Origin: an uncultured bacterium
Lineage (GTDB): Bacteria > Krumholzibacteriota > Krumholzibacteriia > LZORAL124-64-63
Assembly (NCBI GenBank): GCA_937864225.1
Contig: CALMJK010000005.1
Location: 456,212 to 520,211, forward strand
Direction: 5' to 3'
Length of the DNA: 64,000 bases
Part shown: one piece after another, positions 35,468-44,647 of the stretch
Position numbering within the stretch: position 1 is the first letter of the stretch
Layout: the number at the start of each line of letters is the position of its first letter
Position numbers and translations under genes: made by a program
The notes under the pieces: model-generated
The model's input: the letters and a program-made list of their open reading frames with translations, nothing else
Database searches by the model: none
Told to the model about the DNA's origin: nothing

Positions 35468-38400
35468 ATGGTGCCCGAAACGGGAGCGAGACTCGGCAGC
35501 GGAGTGGGACCGTTGGTGGCGGCGGTCGACGTCGGGGTTCATCAACTGCTCCTGATCGGCTTGGCGCTTGGGCTGGCCTTCATAGGACGCCGGACGCGGA
35601 CACGCGCGGGACGGCCAGCGCACGGCCGGCTGTTCGCGGCCGGCGTTTTCCTGGCCGCGCTCGCCGCCGTCCGTCTGCTGGCCGCGCTGGCGACGTGGGG
35701 GACGGCTCCCGCGGCGGCGCTCTCCCTCGCCGCCCTGGAACTGGGCGGAGCGCTTTGGCTGCTCGACGCGTGGCGGCGTCTGCGCGCCGACGGCGCGCTG
35801 GGCGGCGGTTGGTTGGCTGGCGCAGGCGCGCTGGCGGCCGTCGCGGCCGGTGCCGCCATCGCGGCCGTGGCTGCCGGAGGCGGCGGCTCCGGCGCGGCCC
35901 TGGCGAGCGCTTGCCGCGCCCTGGCGCAGGGGCTGTTCCTCGCGGCTCCCCTGTTCTGGTGCGCCCGGCTGTGGGCGCGCGAGCAGCGCGAAGACAGCAC
36001 GGCCTGCCGAGACTTGCTCGAGGCGGCCAGAAAAGAACGGGACTTGGCGGCCCGGCAACGCGACGAGGCCCGCCGCGCGGCCGAGGACGTCGAACACACG
36101 CTGGAGGGCCAGCGGGAACAGGCGAAGCTGCTGGCTCGCCGGGCTTCCACCGTCGAGCGCATTCTGCAGCTCTCGGCGCAGATCAACGCCACGAGATCGC
36201 TCAACGCCGTGCTCCAGCAGGTGGCCGAGGCCGTGCGGGAATCGCTCGGCTTCCGCGTGGTGCTGGTGCGGATCTGGTCCCCCTCGGCGCAGGTTTTCGA
36301 GGCGCGGGCGTTCGCCGGCATATCCGAGGAGGGGAAGGCGCACCTCACGGCGCGACAGGTGGTCATGGACGAATATCGCACCATGACCCAACCGCGCTTT
36401 CGCAGATCGCAGAGCTACTTCATCAGCCATATGGACAAGGATTGGGAGGAGGCCACCGCTGGGGGCTGGACCACGAGTCTGGGACAGCGCGCGGACGACG
36501 AGTGGCACGAGGACGACATGCTGATCGTGCCGCTCCTGTCCGCGGGCGACGAGGTGCGGGGCTATCTGAGCGTGGACGATCCGGTCGACCGGCGGCTGCC
36601 GTCGCTGGAGGTCATTCGCCAGCTCGAGATCTTCGCCAGCCAGGCCACGACCGCCATCGAATCGGCGGAATTGTACGACCGGCTGGCCCGCAACAATCTC
36701 GAGCTCTCGCGCGCTTCGCAGCAGCTGCAGAATCTGAACGAGCTCAAGAGCAATTTCGTGGCGAACGTCAGCCACGAGCTGCGCACGCCGCTCACCTCCA
36801 TCAAGGCCTACACCGAGACGCTCTGTCACAACCACGCCGCCATGCCCGAGGAAACGAGGCGCGAGTTTCTGGAGGTCATTCACGCCGAGAGCGAGAAGAT
36901 CACCGCCATCATGAACGACATCCTCGACCTGGCGCGGGGCGATGACCCGTCCAGGCGCGCCCGCCGCACGGACAGCGATCTGTGCCAATTGATTCGCGGC
37001 GCCGTCGCGAACATCGAGGCCGCGCGGGCGGAGAAGAGCCTGGAGCTGCGACTCGATCTGCCGCCCGAAAGCGTGCGCCTGAGCGTCGATCCGAAGCAGC
37101 TGGAACAGGTCGTCGAGCACCTGCTCAACAACGCCATAAAGTTCACGTCCTCGGGCGGGAGCATTCGCGTCGCCTTGCAGGACGGCATGACCGCCGTGCG
37201 GCTCGTGGTCGAGGATAGCGGCATCGGCATCCCGGAGAACGAGCTCGAGCAGATTTTCGATCGCTTCTATCAAGTGGACGGCTCCTCCACGCGCGAGCAT
37301 GGCGGACAAGGCGTCGGACTCGCCATCTGCCGCGACATCGTGCTCTGGCACGAGGGTCGGATCTGGGCCGAGAATCTGCAGCCGCGAGGCGCGCGACTGG
37401 TCGTCTCCTTGCCCCGCTCCGGCGAGGTCGTGCACCGGGGGGTCGCGAAGGAGTCCTTGCCGAGCTACAACGATCCGCAAGAATTCATGGAAAAGCTCAT
37501 GCACTGGATCGGCGAGACGGTCGGCGTGCGCAACATCTCCTTGATGGTCCCGGACGAAAGCGGGGAAAACCTTGTGATCGAGGCCGCCGTGGGCCTGTCC
37601 GAGAGCGTGGTGCAGAGCACCCGGCTCCGTCGCGGCGAAGGGATCGCGGGCAAGGTGTGGGTCAGCGGTCGCGCCTTGCTGGTCGGCGACGTGGTGGCCG
37701 ATGGCCGCTTCGGCAAGCGGGTGAACGCCCCCCAGTACTCCACGCCCTCCCTGCTGAGCGTGCCGGTGATCGACGGCATCGAATGCCACGCCGTGCTCAA
37801 CGTGAACAACCGTATCGACGGCAAGCCGTTCTCGGCGGACGAGCGGCTGTTGATCGAGGCTTTGGCGCCGCGAATCGCGTACCTCCTGCGTCGGCGCGCG
37901 GCGTGGCAGGCGCAAGCGCGCGAACTCGGCGCGTTGCGCGACACGATGCGCGCGGCGGTCGCCGTCCGTCGGGAGCGCCATGACAGCTGGACGGACCTGG
38001 TGCAGGAGATCTGCATGGCCACGGCCCGCCGGATCAAGCTGCCTCAGGAGGATCTCGAGGCCCTCTCGCTGGCGTTGCAGGTATACGACCTGGGTCTGGT
38101 GCGGTTGAGCGAGTCGCTGCTGCGCAAGGCGGCGCCGCTCACGGACGAGGAAAAGGAACTGATCCGGCACCACGTGCATCACACGCTCGATCTGCTCTCT
38201 CCGCTCGACGTGCCGTCGAAGGTGCGCCAGCTCATCCTGCACCACCATGAACGCTTCGACGGCGGCGGCTACCCCGACGGCCTGGCGGGCGAGGCGATCC
38301 CGGTCGGCGCCCGTCTGCTGGCCTTGTCCGACGCCCTCAACGCCATCCTGCAGGGAAGGGCTTGGCGTCCGGCGTGCCGGCTGGAGCAGGCGCTGGTCGA

Positions 38401-38596
38401 GATCGAGAAACACGTCGGTGCCCAGTTCTGCCCCCGGCTGGCCGCGGCCTTCCTGGCCGAGGCCGGCGCGAGCGCCCGGGCGCTGTGCGCGGCGGATGAG
38501 CGCGTGCCGGACGCCGCCGTTTCGCCCTTGCCGGAAACGCCTCCGCCAGCGGGTGAAGCCGTGCCGGTCTCAAGCGGCGTGGGCTGCGGCCGATAA
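35468..38596 (+). CDS. Membrane GAF-histidine kinase fused to a second GAF and a degenerate HD-GYP domain
   Basis: TM helices; GAF; SHELRTPLT; LLNNAIKF, DSGIGI, GVGL; GAF (IAGKV..SVPV..VLNVNNR); YDLG in place of HDxG; HHERFDGGGYP. Confidence 0.88.
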   Translation: MVPETGARLGSGVGPLVAAVDVGVHQLLLIGLALGLAFIGRRTRTRAGRPAHGRLFAAGVFLAALAAVRLLAALATWGTAPAAALSLAALELGGALWLLDAWRRLRADGALGGGWLAGAGALAAVAAGAAIAAVAAGGGGSGAALASACRALAQGLFLAAPLFWCARLWAREQREDSTACRDLLEAARKERDLAARQRDEARRAAEDVEHTLEGQREQAKLLARRASTVERILQLSAQINATRSLNAVLQQVAEAVRESLGFRVVLVRIWSPSAQVFEARAFAGISEEGKAHLTARQVVMDEYRTMTQPRFRRSQSYFISHMDKDWEEATAGGWTTSLGQRADDEWHEDDMLIVPLLSAGDEVRGYLSVDDPVDRRLPSLEVIRQLEIFASQATTAIESAELYDRLARNNLELSRASQQLQNLNELKSNFVANVSHELRTPLTSIKAYTETLCHNHAAMPEETRREFLEVIHAESEKITAIMNDILDLARGDDPSRRARRTDSDLCQLIRGAVANIEAARAEKSLELRLDLPPESVRLSVDPKQLEQVVEHLLNNAIKFTSSGGSIRVALQDGMTAVRLVVEDSGIGIPENELEQIFDRFYQVDGSSTREHGGQGVGLAICRDIVLWHEGRIWAENLQPRGARLVVSLPRSGEVVHRGVAKESLPSYNDPQEFMEKLMHWIGETVGVRNISLMVPDESGENLVIEAAVGLSESVVQSTRLRRGEGIAGKVWVSGRALLVGDVVADGRFGKRVNAPQYSTPSLLSVPVIDGIECHAVLNVNNRIDGKPFSADERLLIEALAPRIAYLLRRRAAWQAQARELGALRDTMRAAVAVRRERHDSWTDLVQEICMATARRIKLPQEDLEALSLALQVYDLGLVRLSESLLRKAAPLTDEEKELIRHHVHHTLDLLSPLDVPSKVRQLILHHHERFDGGGYPDGLAGEAIPVGARLLALSDALNAILQGRAWRPACRLEQALVEIEKHVGAQFCPRLAAAFLAEAGASARALCAADERVPDAAVSPLPETPPPAGEAVPVSSGVGCGR

Positions 38597-38653
38597 TTTC
38601 CGCAGGATAGGTCGCGAGGCCGGCGCGGGTGCCCGGCCAAGGGAGGTCGCGCG

Positions 38654-39028
38654 TTGCGCAAGATCCTGGTCTGCGACGACGAGTCCAGCATCCTGAACAT
38701 CCTCGACTTCAGCCTCAGCGCCGAGGGCTACCGGGTGATCCAGGCCGCGGACGGCGACGCCGCCCTGGCGCTGGCGAGCGCGGAGCAGCCGGATCTGATC
38801 ATTCTCGACGTCATGATGCCCAAGCGCAGCGGCTTCGAGGTCTGCCGCCTGCTGAAGGCGCAGCGGGTCACCGCGGACATACCGGTGATCCTGCTCACCG
38901 CGCGCGGCAGCCGCGACGACCGCGAGCTGGGGCGCGAAGCCGGCGCCGATATCCACATGACCAAGCCCTTCAGCCCGCAGCGCCTGCTCGACAAGGTGCA
39001 CCTGCTGCTCGGCGTGCGGCACGGCTGA
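38654..39028 (+). CDS. Single-domain response regulator
   Basis: VCDDE, LDVMMP, LTAR, KPF; GGAGG RBS with TTG start. Confidence 0.9.
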   Translation: MRKILVCDDESSILNILDFSLSAEGYRVIQAADGDAALALASAEQPDLIILDVMMPKRSGFEVCRLLKAQRVTADIPVILLTARGSRDDRELGREAGADIHMTKPFSPQRLLDKVHLLLGVRHG

Positions 39029-39080
39029 GCCCGTGCCGGCGCTCCCGCGTCGCGACGCCCGCCGGCACGGCCGGCGGGCG

Positions 39081-39109
39081 TTGCCGTTTCGCGGCCCGCG
39101 CGCTACCAT
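39081..39109 (+). promoter_or_regulatory. sigma70-type promoter of priA
   Basis: TTGCCG, 17 nt, TACCAT. Confidence 0.5.
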
Positions 39110-39145
39110 CCGCCGGCGCCGCGCCGGCGCGGAAAGGCGGGCCAG

Positions 39146-41188
39146 GTGCCTCGTCCCGATTCGCTCGCGGCGGGTCCGGGCACCTTGCTGGTCGAGGTGG
39201 CCGTCCCGGTTCCGCTCGATCAATTTTTCACGTACAGGTGGACCCCCGGCGGCGCGGACGAGAGTCCGCCCGCGCGCGGAGATCTCGTCGTGGCGCCGTT
39301 CGGGCGGCGCCGTCGCGTGATCGGCCTCGTGGTCGCGGTCCGCCCGGCGGGCGAGACCGAGGTGACCGTCGGCGGCCACGACATTCGTCCCCTCGAGCGC
39401 GTGCTGCCGCCGGCCTATCGGCTGGCGAGCGATCGTCTGCGGCTGGCGGAGTGGCTGGCCGCCTACTACGCGCTGCCGCTCGGCGAGGTCGTGCCGCTGT
39501 TCCACCCCCCGGATCCCGGCACCCGCCGGCGCGCCAGCCGCGCGCCCACTCCGGCTTACCCGCTTCAGGACGGGACCGCCGAGATCGTGCTGTCGGCCGC
39601 GCAGCAAGCGGCCACCAGCGCCGCCTTGCAGCAACTCGACGACGGACACTTCGGCGTGGTGATGCTGCACGGCATCACGGGCAGCGGCAAGACCGAGGTC
39701 TACCTGCAGGTCATCGGCGAAGCGCTCGCCCGGGGCCGCGGCGCGCTGTTTCTATTGCCGGAGATCGCGCTCACCCCGCAGACCTTGGCGCGCATCGTGG
39801 CGCGCTTTGGGCCGGTGGCCGCGACCGTGCACAGCGGTTTGTCGTCCGGCGAACGTTGCCGCGTGCACGAGGCGGCGGCGGCCGGCGAAGTGCGCCTCGT
39901 CGTGGGCCCGCGGTCGGCGCTCTTCGCGCCGGTGCGGGATTTGGGCGTGATCGTCGTCGACGAAGAGCACGAGACCTCCTACAAGCAGGAGGAGAAGCCG
40001 CGTTACCACGCGCGCCACGCGGCGCTGGCGAGGGGGCGGGAAGCCGGGGCGGTCGTGCTGTTGGGATCGGCCACGCCCGATCTGGAGAGCTGGGACAACG
40101 GCCGGCGCGGCGCGTATCGTCTGTTCACCCTCACCGACCGTCCCGTCGGGGTGCTGCCGGACGTCGAGGTCGTGGACCTGCGGGGGGAACAGGCGCCGGA
40201 CGGTTTTTCGCCGCGCCTGACGGAGGCGCTCGCGGCGGAGCTGAACGAAGGGCGTCAGGCCATCCTCTACTACAACCGCCGCGGCTTCGCGCGCTCGCTG
40301 CAGTGCGCCGCCTGCGGGCGGGCCGATGCCTGCCCGAGTTGCGACATCGGTCTGGTCTACCACCTGCGCCCGCGCCGACTGCTGTGCCATTACTGCGGCT
40401 TCTCGCGCGCCGCGCCCGTGGCGTGCTCCCACTGCGGCGGCCGGGATTTCTTGCCGGCGGGCGGGGGAACGGAGCGCCTCGAACTGAGCCTGCAGGCGAC
40501 GTTTCCGGGCGTGAAGGTGCTGAGACTCGATCAGGACACGACCCGCCGCCGCGGCAGCCACGCCCGGATCCTGGGCGCCTTCGCTGGCGCGCGGGCGCAG
40601 ATCCTGGTCGGGACCCAGATGGTGGCCAAGGGGCACCATTTCCCCGGCGTCGGCCTGGTGGGCGTGCTGGCGGCCGACGACGGGCTCACCTTGCCCGATT
40701 ATCGCGCGGACGAGCGTGCTTTCCAGCTGTTGACGCAGGTCGCCGGTCGCACCGGCAGGGTGCGACCGGGCCTGGTGATCTTCCAGTCGTGGCAGCCAGA
40801 TCACCCGATCGTGCGGTTGGCGGCGCACCACGACTACGCCGGGTTCGCCGAAGCGGAATTGGCCAACCGACGGGCGCTCGGGTATCCCCCGGCGCGACGG
40901 CTGCTGCGCATCGCGGTCGCGTCGCGGCGCGCGGCGGCGGCGCAGCAAGGCGTGGACGAACTCGCGGGTGTGCTGCGCGAGGGATTGACTGGCGGCGACC
41001 GGGAAGTGCTCGGGCCGGCGCCCGGCGTGTTCGCACGCCTGCAGGATCGCCACCGCTGGCAGGTGCTGATCAAGGGCACGCTCGGGAGCGCGCAGAAGCG
41101 CTGGCTGGCCGCTTGCGCGAAGGCCACCGAGGCGCGGGTCGGCGGCGTGGAAGTGCTGATCGACGTGGACCCCGTGGGTCTGTACTGA
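39146..41188 (+). CDS. priA: Primosomal protein N' (replication restart helicase)
   Basis: GITGSGKTEVY, PEIALTPQ, DEEHETSYKQ, NRRG, four CxxC pairs, GTQMVAKG, QVAGRTGR, IDVDP. Confidence 0.96.
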   Translation: MPRPDSLAAGPGTLLVEVAVPVPLDQFFTYRWTPGGADESPPARGDLVVAPFGRRRRVIGLVVAVRPAGETEVTVGGHDIRPLERVLPPAYRLASDRLRLAEWLAAYYALPLGEVVPLFHPPDPGTRRRASRAPTPAYPLQDGTAEIVLSAAQQAATSAALQQLDDGHFGVVMLHGITGSGKTEVYLQVIGEALARGRGALFLLPEIALTPQTLARIVARFGPVAATVHSGLSSGERCRVHEAAAAGEVRLVVGPRSALFAPVRDLGVIVVDEEHETSYKQEEKPRYHARHAALARGREAGAVVLLGSATPDLESWDNGRRGAYRLFTLTDRPVGVLPDVEVVDLRGEQAPDGFSPRLTEALAAELNEGRQAILYYNRRGFARSLQCAACGRADACPSCDIGLVYHLRPRRLLCHYCGFSRAAPVACSHCGGRDFLPAGGGTERLELSLQATFPGVKVLRLDQDTTRRRGSHARILGAFAGARAQILVGTQMVAKGHHFPGVGLVGVLAADDGLTLPDYRADERAFQLLTQVAGRTGRVRPGLVIFQSWQPDHPIVRLAAHHDYAGFAEAELANRRALGYPPARRLLRIAVASRRAAAAQQGVDELAGVLREGLTGGDREVLGPAPGVFARLQDRHRWQVLIKGTLGSAQKRWLAACAKATEARVGGVEVLIDVDPVGLY

Positions 41189-41214
41189 GCCGGACGCAGA
41201 TTTCGTCCGCGCGC

Positions 41215-42345
41215 TCAGTCGCGCATGGCCTCGCGCAGCTCGGCGAGATCCACGCTCTCGTCCAGCCGGACGGCGCCGATGCCGGCCGGCAAGACCCAGC
41301 GCACCCGTCCGCCCAGCCGTTTCTTGTCGCCCGCGATCAGCCGCGCCAAGCGCGCGCGGGGCGGCAGCGCGGCGACGACCGGCAGGCCGCAGGCGCGCAG
41401 CAGGGCGTGGATCCGGCCCGCGTCAACGGCCGGGCAGAGGCCGCGGCGGGCGGCCAGCGCCGCCGCGGTCGCCATGCCGATCGCCACGGCTTCCCCGTGG
41501 GACCAGCCGCCCGCGCTCTCGATCGCGTGCCCGAGCGTGTGCCCCAGGTTCAGGGCGCGTCGCGGTCCCTGTTCGCGGAAATCGCGGCTTACGATCGCCG
41601 CCTTCACGCGCGCGGCGCGGGCGATCCAGGCGGGCCAAGGCAGGGCAAGGGCCGCGGATCCGACCCGATCCTCGCGGCCGCGACGTGGGCCGGCGAAGGC
41701 GCGCGCCAGCGAGGGGGCGTGCCGTTCGAGGTCGCGGAACAGACCGGGCGAGCCGATCACCGCTGCCTTGACCGCTTCGGCCAGCCCGCAGCGCCACTGG
41801 CGACGCGGCAGGGTCGCCAGGAAGCGGGGATCCGCGAGCACGTCCGACGCCGGATGGAAGGCGCCCACGCCGTTCTTGAGCATCCCGACATCGATGGCTG
41901 TCTTGCCGCCGATCGCGGCGTCGACCATGCCCAGCAGGGTCGTGGGCAGTGCCACGAAGCGGACTCCGCGCTGCCAGGTCGCGGCCGCCAGTCCAGCCAG
42001 GTCGAGCACGGCGCCGCCGCCGACGGCGACCAGCGTGCCGTCGCGCGGCAGCTGTCGCGCCGCCAGCCAACGCCAGACCTGCGCCAGGCGCGCCGCGCGC
42101 TTGGCCGCCTCGCCGCCGGGCACGAGCAACAGGGGCAGGGACGAGCCGTCGGCGGCGCGCAGGACGCGCCGCAGCGCCGGGGCGTGCGCCCGCCAGACGC
42201 CGCGATCCACGAGGGCGACGGCCGGCCCCGCGCCCAGGCGCGCGGGCAGTCCGTCGCGCGCGCCGGGGCTGAGCCAGTAGTCGCTTGTCCGCTCCGCCAG
42301 GCGGATGCGCAGCAGACGCTCGGGGGGGGGCTGCCGGTGTGTCAT
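41215..42345 (-). CDS. aroB: 3-dehydroquinate synthase
   Basis: GGEAAK, GGGAVLDLAG, PTTLLGMVDAAIGGKT, KN.VGAF, EAVK, LNLGHTLGHAIE, HGEAV, DKK; GGAGG RBS. Confidence 0.93.
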   Translation of the reverse strand: MTHRQPPPERLLRIRLAERTSDYWLSPGARDGLPARLGAGPAVALVDRGVWRAHAPALRRVLRAADGSSLPLLLVPGGEAAKRAARLAQVWRWLAARQLPRDGTLVAVGGGAVLDLAGLAAATWQRGVRFVALPTTLLGMVDAAIGGKTAIDVGMLKNGVGAFHPASDVLADPRFLATLPRRQWRCGLAEAVKAAVIGSPGLFRDLERHAPSLARAFAGPRRGREDRVGSAALALPWPAWIARAARVKAAIVSRDFREQGPRRALNLGHTLGHAIESAGGWSHGEAVAIGMATAAALAARRGLCPAVDAGRIHALLRACGLPVVAALPPRARLARLIAGDKKRLGGRVRWVLPAGIGAVRLDESVDLAELREAMRD

Positions 42346-42538
42346 GAAACCTCCCGCGCCGCGCGGCGTGACGCCGCCGGGCCGACTCAGGCTAAGGCCG
42401 GAAGAAGCGGCCGGCAACGAAGATCCCGCGCGCGGCGCGCCCGCGCGCGAGCCGGTTTTTCTTTGGTTTTGGTCAGCGCGGGGGCTACTTTTGGCGCGTG
42501 GCCGGGGCGCGTCGCGCCCGGCGCAAGGAGCGTGATCC

Positions 42539-43120
42539 ATGGCAGGCAAGATGGTCGAAATCCGCTGGCACGGACGCGGCGGGCAGGGCGCGAAGACCGC
42601 CGCGATCTTTCTCGCGGAGGCGGTCCTGGACCGCGGTAAGTACAGCCAGGGCTTCCCGGAGTACGGTCCGGAGCGCCGGGGAGCGCCGATGCGCGGCTAC
42701 ACGCGCATCGCCGACGAGCCGATCCGCCGTCACTGCGGCATCGAGAGCCCGGACATCGTCATCATTCTGGACCCGACACTGCTCGAATCGGCCGCGGCCG
42801 GCGTGACCGCGGGTTCGCGGGACGATACGGTCTACCTCGTGAACACCGCCGAACAACCGGCGAACATCCGCCGGCGCCTCGGCTTGGCGAACGGGAAGGT
42901 CTTCACGGTCGACGCGACGCAGATCGCGCTCGACTGCTTCGGCCGCTCCATTCCCAACATGCCGATGGTCGGCGCGCTTTTGGCGGCCACGCAGCTGCTG
43001 CCGCTGGACGACATGAAGAGTTCTCTTTCCGAGCGATTCAAGAGCAAGTTCTCCCAGGCCGTCATCGACGGGAATCTCGCCGCCGTGGAGCGCGCCTACA
43101 AGGAGATGGTGCGGGAATGA
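42539..43120 (+). CDS. porC: Pyruvate/2-oxoacid:ferredoxin oxidoreductase gamma subunit
   Basis: EIRWHGRGGQGAKT, YGPERRGAP, PNMPMVGA. Confidence 0.92.
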   Translation: MAGKMVEIRWHGRGGQGAKTAAIFLAEAVLDRGKYSQGFPEYGPERRGAPMRGYTRIADEPIRRHCGIESPDIVIILDPTLLESAAAGVTAGSRDDTVYLVNTAEQPANIRRRLGLANGKVFTVDATQIALDCFGRSIPNMPMVGALLAATQLLPLDDMKSSLSERFKSKFSQAVIDGNLAAVERAYKEMVRE

Positions 43121-43425
43121 CCCTCAAGCGCGCGCACGAGCTGCCCGCGGGCGGCATCATCGTCGAGGCGGGCAACGCCGACGCCTACAACACGGGCGAC
43201 TGGCGCACCTTCAAGCCGGAGTTCGTGGCGGAGAACTGCATCCACTGCATGTTCTGCTGGATCTACTGTCCGGACACGGCCGTGAACATCGACACGACCG
43301 CAGAGAAGAGCCGCATGATCGGCTTCGACTACGACCATTGCAAGGGTTGCGGCATCTGCGCCCAGCACTGTCCGCCGGCGGCCAAGGGCAAGGCGGCCAT
43401 CGTCATGGTTCGCGACGAGAAATAG
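43117..43425 (+). CDS. porD: Pyruvate/2-oxoacid:ferredoxin oxidoreductase delta subunit (2x[4Fe-4S])
   Basis: TGDWR..KP, CIHCMFCWIYCP, CKGCGICAQHCP. Confidence 0.92.
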   Translation: MTLKRAHELPAGGIIVEAGNADAYNTGDWRTFKPEFVAENCIHCMFCWIYCPDTAVNIDTTAEKSRMIGFDYDHCKGCGICAQHCPPAAKGKAAIVMVRDEK

Positions 43426-43447
43426 CGGCGGAAAGGAAGGGATCGGG

Positions 43448-44632
43448 ATGGCCAAGCAGGAGCAAGTTTCGCTGACCGGCAACGAGGCCGTGGCATACGC
43501 CTTCAAACAGGCGCGGCCGCACGTCGCGTCGGCTTTTCCCATCACTCCGCAGACGGAGATGATGCACAAGTTCGCCGACTTCGTCGCCAACGGCGAGGTC
43601 GACACCGAGATGATCCTGGTCGAGAGCGAACACTCCGCGATGTCCGCCGCCGTCGGCGCCGCCGCGGCGGGCGCGCGCGTCATTACCGCGACGAGTTCGG
43701 CCGGCTTCGCCCTCATGTGGGAGATCGTGTACGTCGCGGCTTCGTTGCGGCTGCCGATCTGCATGGCGCTGGTCAACCGCGCCCTCTCGGGCAACATCAA
43801 CATCCATTGCGATCACAGCGACGCCATGGGAGGCCGTGACGCCGGATGGATCCACCTCTTTTGCGAGAGCGCGCAGGAGGCGTACGACAACGCCCTCATG
43901 GCGTTCCGCATCGGCGAGCATCCTGATGTGCGGCTGCCGGTCATGATCAACTACGACGGTTTCATCATCAGCCACACCGCCGATTCGCTGCGCATGCTGT
44001 CCGCGGACGACGCCTGGAAGTTCGTGGGGCCCTACAAGGCGGCCTACTCCGTGCTGGACACGGAAAATCCGATCACGGTCGGCCCGCTGGATCTGACCGA
44101 CTACTATTTCGAGCACAAGGTCGGCGAGATCGAGGCGCACAAGCGCGCCTTCGACGTCGTGCGGGCGGTCAGCGCGCAGTACGGCGCGCTGAGCGGGCGC
44201 GGCTACGACTTCTTCGAATCCTACCGTCTCGACGACGCGGAGATCGCGATCGTGTTGATGGGCTCCACGGCCGGCACGGCCAAGGACGTGGTGGACGCGC
44301 ATCGCGAGAAGGGCGTCAAGGCGGGGCTGCTCAAACTGCGTCTGTTCCGCCCCTTCCCGGCGGCGGAGCTCGCCAAGGCGCTCGCCGGCAAGAAGGCGGT
44401 CGGGGTCATGGACCGCGCGGCCTCCTTCGGCGCGTGGGGCGGACCGTTGTTCACAGAGGTCCGCTCGGCGCTGTACGGCGCCGACCGACAGCCGCCGGTC
44501 CTGAATTGGATTTACGGACTCGGCGGCCGCGATTGCGACCTGCGGCAGATCGATTCCGTGCTCGAGCGGCTGGCCGACGCGGCCCGCGGCAAGTCGGGCG
44601 AAACCGTGAACCTGCTGGGCGTCCGGCTGTAA
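43448..44632 (+). CDS. porA: Pyruvate/2-oxoacid:ferredoxin oxidoreductase alpha subunit
   Basis: GNEAVA, FPITPQT, ESEHSA, TATSS, NR, DHSD, DGFIISH, FRPFP, GLGGRD. Confidence 0.93.
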   Translation: MAKQEQVSLTGNEAVAYAFKQARPHVASAFPITPQTEMMHKFADFVANGEVDTEMILVESEHSAMSAAVGAAAAGARVITATSSAGFALMWEIVYVAASLRLPICMALVNRALSGNINIHCDHSDAMGGRDAGWIHLFCESAQEAYDNALMAFRIGEHPDVRLPVMINYDGFIISHTADSLRMLSADDAWKFVGPYKAAYSVLDTENPITVGPLDLTDYYFEHKVGEIEAHKRAFDVVRAVSAQYGALSGRGYDFFESYRLDDAEIAIVLMGSTAGTAKDVVDAHREKGVKAGLLKLRLFRPFPAAELAKALAGKKAVGVMDRAASFGAWGGPLFTEVRSALYGADRQPPVLNWIYGLGGRDCDLRQIDSVLERLADAARGKSGETVNLLGVRL

Positions 44633-44647
44633 AGGGAGGGCGGAAAG

